Shown in pieces: positions 60,172 through 61,582 of a DNA stretch of 61,582 nt (position 1 is the stretch's first letter; each line of letters opens with the position of its first letter). The stretch is from a virus. The notes beneath the pieces are model-generated. The model was not told the origin of the DNA. It saw only the letters and a list, made by a program, of their open reading frames with translations, and made no database searches. The position numbers and the translations under genes were made by a program. The stretch lies in IMG/VR virus record IMGVR_UViG_3300045988_102840, positions 1 through 61,582 of that record; one strand, 5' to 3'.

Positions 60172-61377
60172 TTACTTCTTAAAAACATTTACATAATCGA
60201 TAACTTTCCGATTAGCTTTATCTACTTTTCGCATGTCAAAATGGATATAGATGTCAGTCGTTGTGCTGTTCGCCCAACTATGCCCAAGCGCGTGGGCGAT
60301 TACCTCTTTGGGGACATCGAGCTCTGCCGCTACCGTGGCCCATGTGTGTCTTGCCCAATATGAAGACAAATCAGGGAATAAAGGATTTCTACTCTTTTTC
60401 CCTCCCAATCCCTTCCTTTCTGTCTCTCCAATCTGTTTTAACCCTATTCCCATACGATGTAGGAAATCCTTGTAATTTCCGTAGTCATCCATTATATTAA
60501 GAAGATAATCCTTCCCTTTGTATTTCTCAATTATAGCCTGCGCTTCCGGTTCTACTTTAATACTGTATAATTTCCCCGTCTTAGCTCTTTTATATTCAAA
60601 ACGACCATTTACCAATGCAGAATGTTTTGCGTTAAACAAATCGGCTGCATTTACTCCTATGAGATAGAACATGAGCATGAACATATCCCTATATCTAATC
60701 TGGTATTCCTCACATGGATAATCTCTCAATAACCTAAGTTGTTCTGCTGTAAGGCTGCGTTTTCGGGTTTCCTCTTTCTTTATTGAAAACCTTCTGAATG
60801 GATACAATGTTGTGTACTCCTCATCAATGGCGTAGTTGAATACACTACGTATGTTCCGTAAATGAATAGCGTAGGCATTAACCTTCATCGTCTTTGCCAT
60901 CCACGCTTCAAAGTTTTCCAGCCACGACTTATCCATGCTCTCAAAAGTACAATGACTATCGTATTCCTCAATCTTGTTTCTTGTGGTTGTATATATAGAC
61001 TTAGTCCCCTGATTGGTTTTCTTGGAAACGAATTCATCAAGATAATAGAGAAACGTCTTTTGATTTTCAACCTTGCTACTTATAGCGTCCTCTATCAACT
61101 TCTTCAAAGCTTTGTCTGTAGTTGATTTCAACTTTTCTTGTTGCTCTAAAGTAAATATTACTGTTTCCGCCTTGTTTATTATTCCACGGGCAACTATATT
61201 TCTCGGCTTGTAATTTTGTGCACGCACAGAATATTCGTTCCCATTCCATTCTTTTTCCGATGCACTTAGCTGCGTAGCTATCATTATTTGTTTGTTGTGG
61301 AATACATTCAACTTTATCGGATAAGTACCATCTTTTTTTTGCCTTCTTTTATCAAGGTAGAATTTAACCGTTGCCAT
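60172..61377 (-). CDS. int: tyrosine site-specific integrase
   Basis: 401 aa. Arm-binding-type N-terminus (MATVKFYLDKRRQKKDGTYPI) and C-terminal ..ARHTWATVAA...HALGHS...TDIYIHF catalytic blocks. It lies adjacent to attR. Confidence 0.9.
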   Translation of the reverse strand: MATVKFYLDKRRQKKDGTYPIKLNVFHNKQIMIATQLSASEKEWNGNEYSVRAQNYKPRNIVARGIINKAETVIFTLEQQEKLKSTTDKALKKLIEDAISSKVENQKTFLYYLDEFVSKKTNQGTKSIYTTTRNKIEEYDSHCTFESMDKSWLENFEAWMAKTMKVNAYAIHLRNIRSVFNYAIDEEYTTLYPFRRFSIKKEETRKRSLTAEQLRLLRDYPCEEYQIRYRDMFMLMFYLIGVNAADLFNAKHSALVNGRFEYKRAKTGKLYSIKVEPEAQAIIEKYKGKDYLLNIMDDYGNYKDFLHRMGIGLKQIGETERKGLGGKKSRNPLFPDLSSYWARHTWATVAAELDVPKEVIAHALGHSWANSTTTDIYIHFDMRKVDKANRKVIDYVNVFKK

Positions 61378-61395
61378 ATATCTATGTTTTTAGTT

Positions 61396-61430
61396 TATGC
61401 AAATCTGAAAATTTGCATAGGATTTGCATA
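61396..61430. promoter_or_regulatory. three ATTTGCATA cores (one inverted), putative integrase arm-type sites (attR side)
   Basis: TATGCAAAT at 61396-61404 (inverted). ATTTGCATA at 61411-61419 and 61422-61430. Confidence 0.4.
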
Positions 61431-61537
61431 CAAAGATAAGATTAAAAGGGTTTAAAAGGGTCTAAAAGCGGAATGTTATTCAGCATACATAAAAAAATAA
61501 GCAGCTACTTTATTTGTAACTGCTTGATTTTCAAGAG

Positions 61538-61582
61538 AGCGGAAAACGGGATTCGAACCCGCGACCCTCAGCTTGGGAAGCT
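61538..61582 (-). tRNA. tRNA-Gly (anticodon CCC), 3' portion only; the 5' part lies beyond the window
   Basis: The reverse complement reads AGC-TTCCCAA-GCTGA-GGGTC-GCGGG-TTCGAAT-CCCGT-TTTCCGC-T. This gives the anticodon loop with CCC, the T arm, the acceptor 3' strand and U73. Confidence 0.8.
61553..61582. repeat. attR core: right copy of the 30-nt direct repeat
   Basis: Identical to 1-30. Confidence 0.85.

Noticed and set aside
1-61582. Scan for CRISPR arrays, reverse transcriptase/DGR, transposases, rRNA and toxin-antitoxin pairs of known type
   Set aside because: No regularly spaced direct repeats, RT motifs (YxDD) or DDE/transposase-like ORFs were seen. The only recombinase recognised is the integrase.

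Overview
The window is one complete integrated temperate prophage of about 61.5 kb. A 30-nt direct repeat (1-30 = 61553-61582) bounds it; this repeat is the anticodon-to-T-loop part of a minus-strand tRNA-Gly(CCC). A tyrosine integrase lies just inside the right end. Recurrent TAnnTTTG -7 boxes, lipoboxes and Bacteroides-type repressor and integrase features point to a Bacteroidales host. The left arm is mostly + strand (1461-26808). It holds a repressor with divergent early promoters, an Xis-like HTH, RecT, a YqaJ-like exonuclease, an SSB-like protein, RusA, an HNH endonuclease, a radical SAM enzyme, YopX, many small ORFs and several antirepressor-type genes. The right arm is minus strand (60038 down to 26941). 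It runs TerS, TerL, portal, HK97-type protease and capsid, tail genes, a 1215-aa tape measure, tail fibres, holin and amidase, then a visibly GC-richer cargo operon. The unusual content is mostly non-coding. There are three tRNA-like frames whose anticodon region is expanded. A 13-nt loop motif sits in two hairpins whose stems differ by compensatory changes. Four long-hairpin 5' leaders sit directly behind promoters of antirepressor genes; in two of them the 5' strand is repeated at the start codon. A 59-aa ORF is bracketed by a perfect 14-bp inverted repeat and looks like an inverted copy of a second locus. A late promoter occurs three times. All calls were made by eye from the sequence and the ORF track, with no searches or computations.
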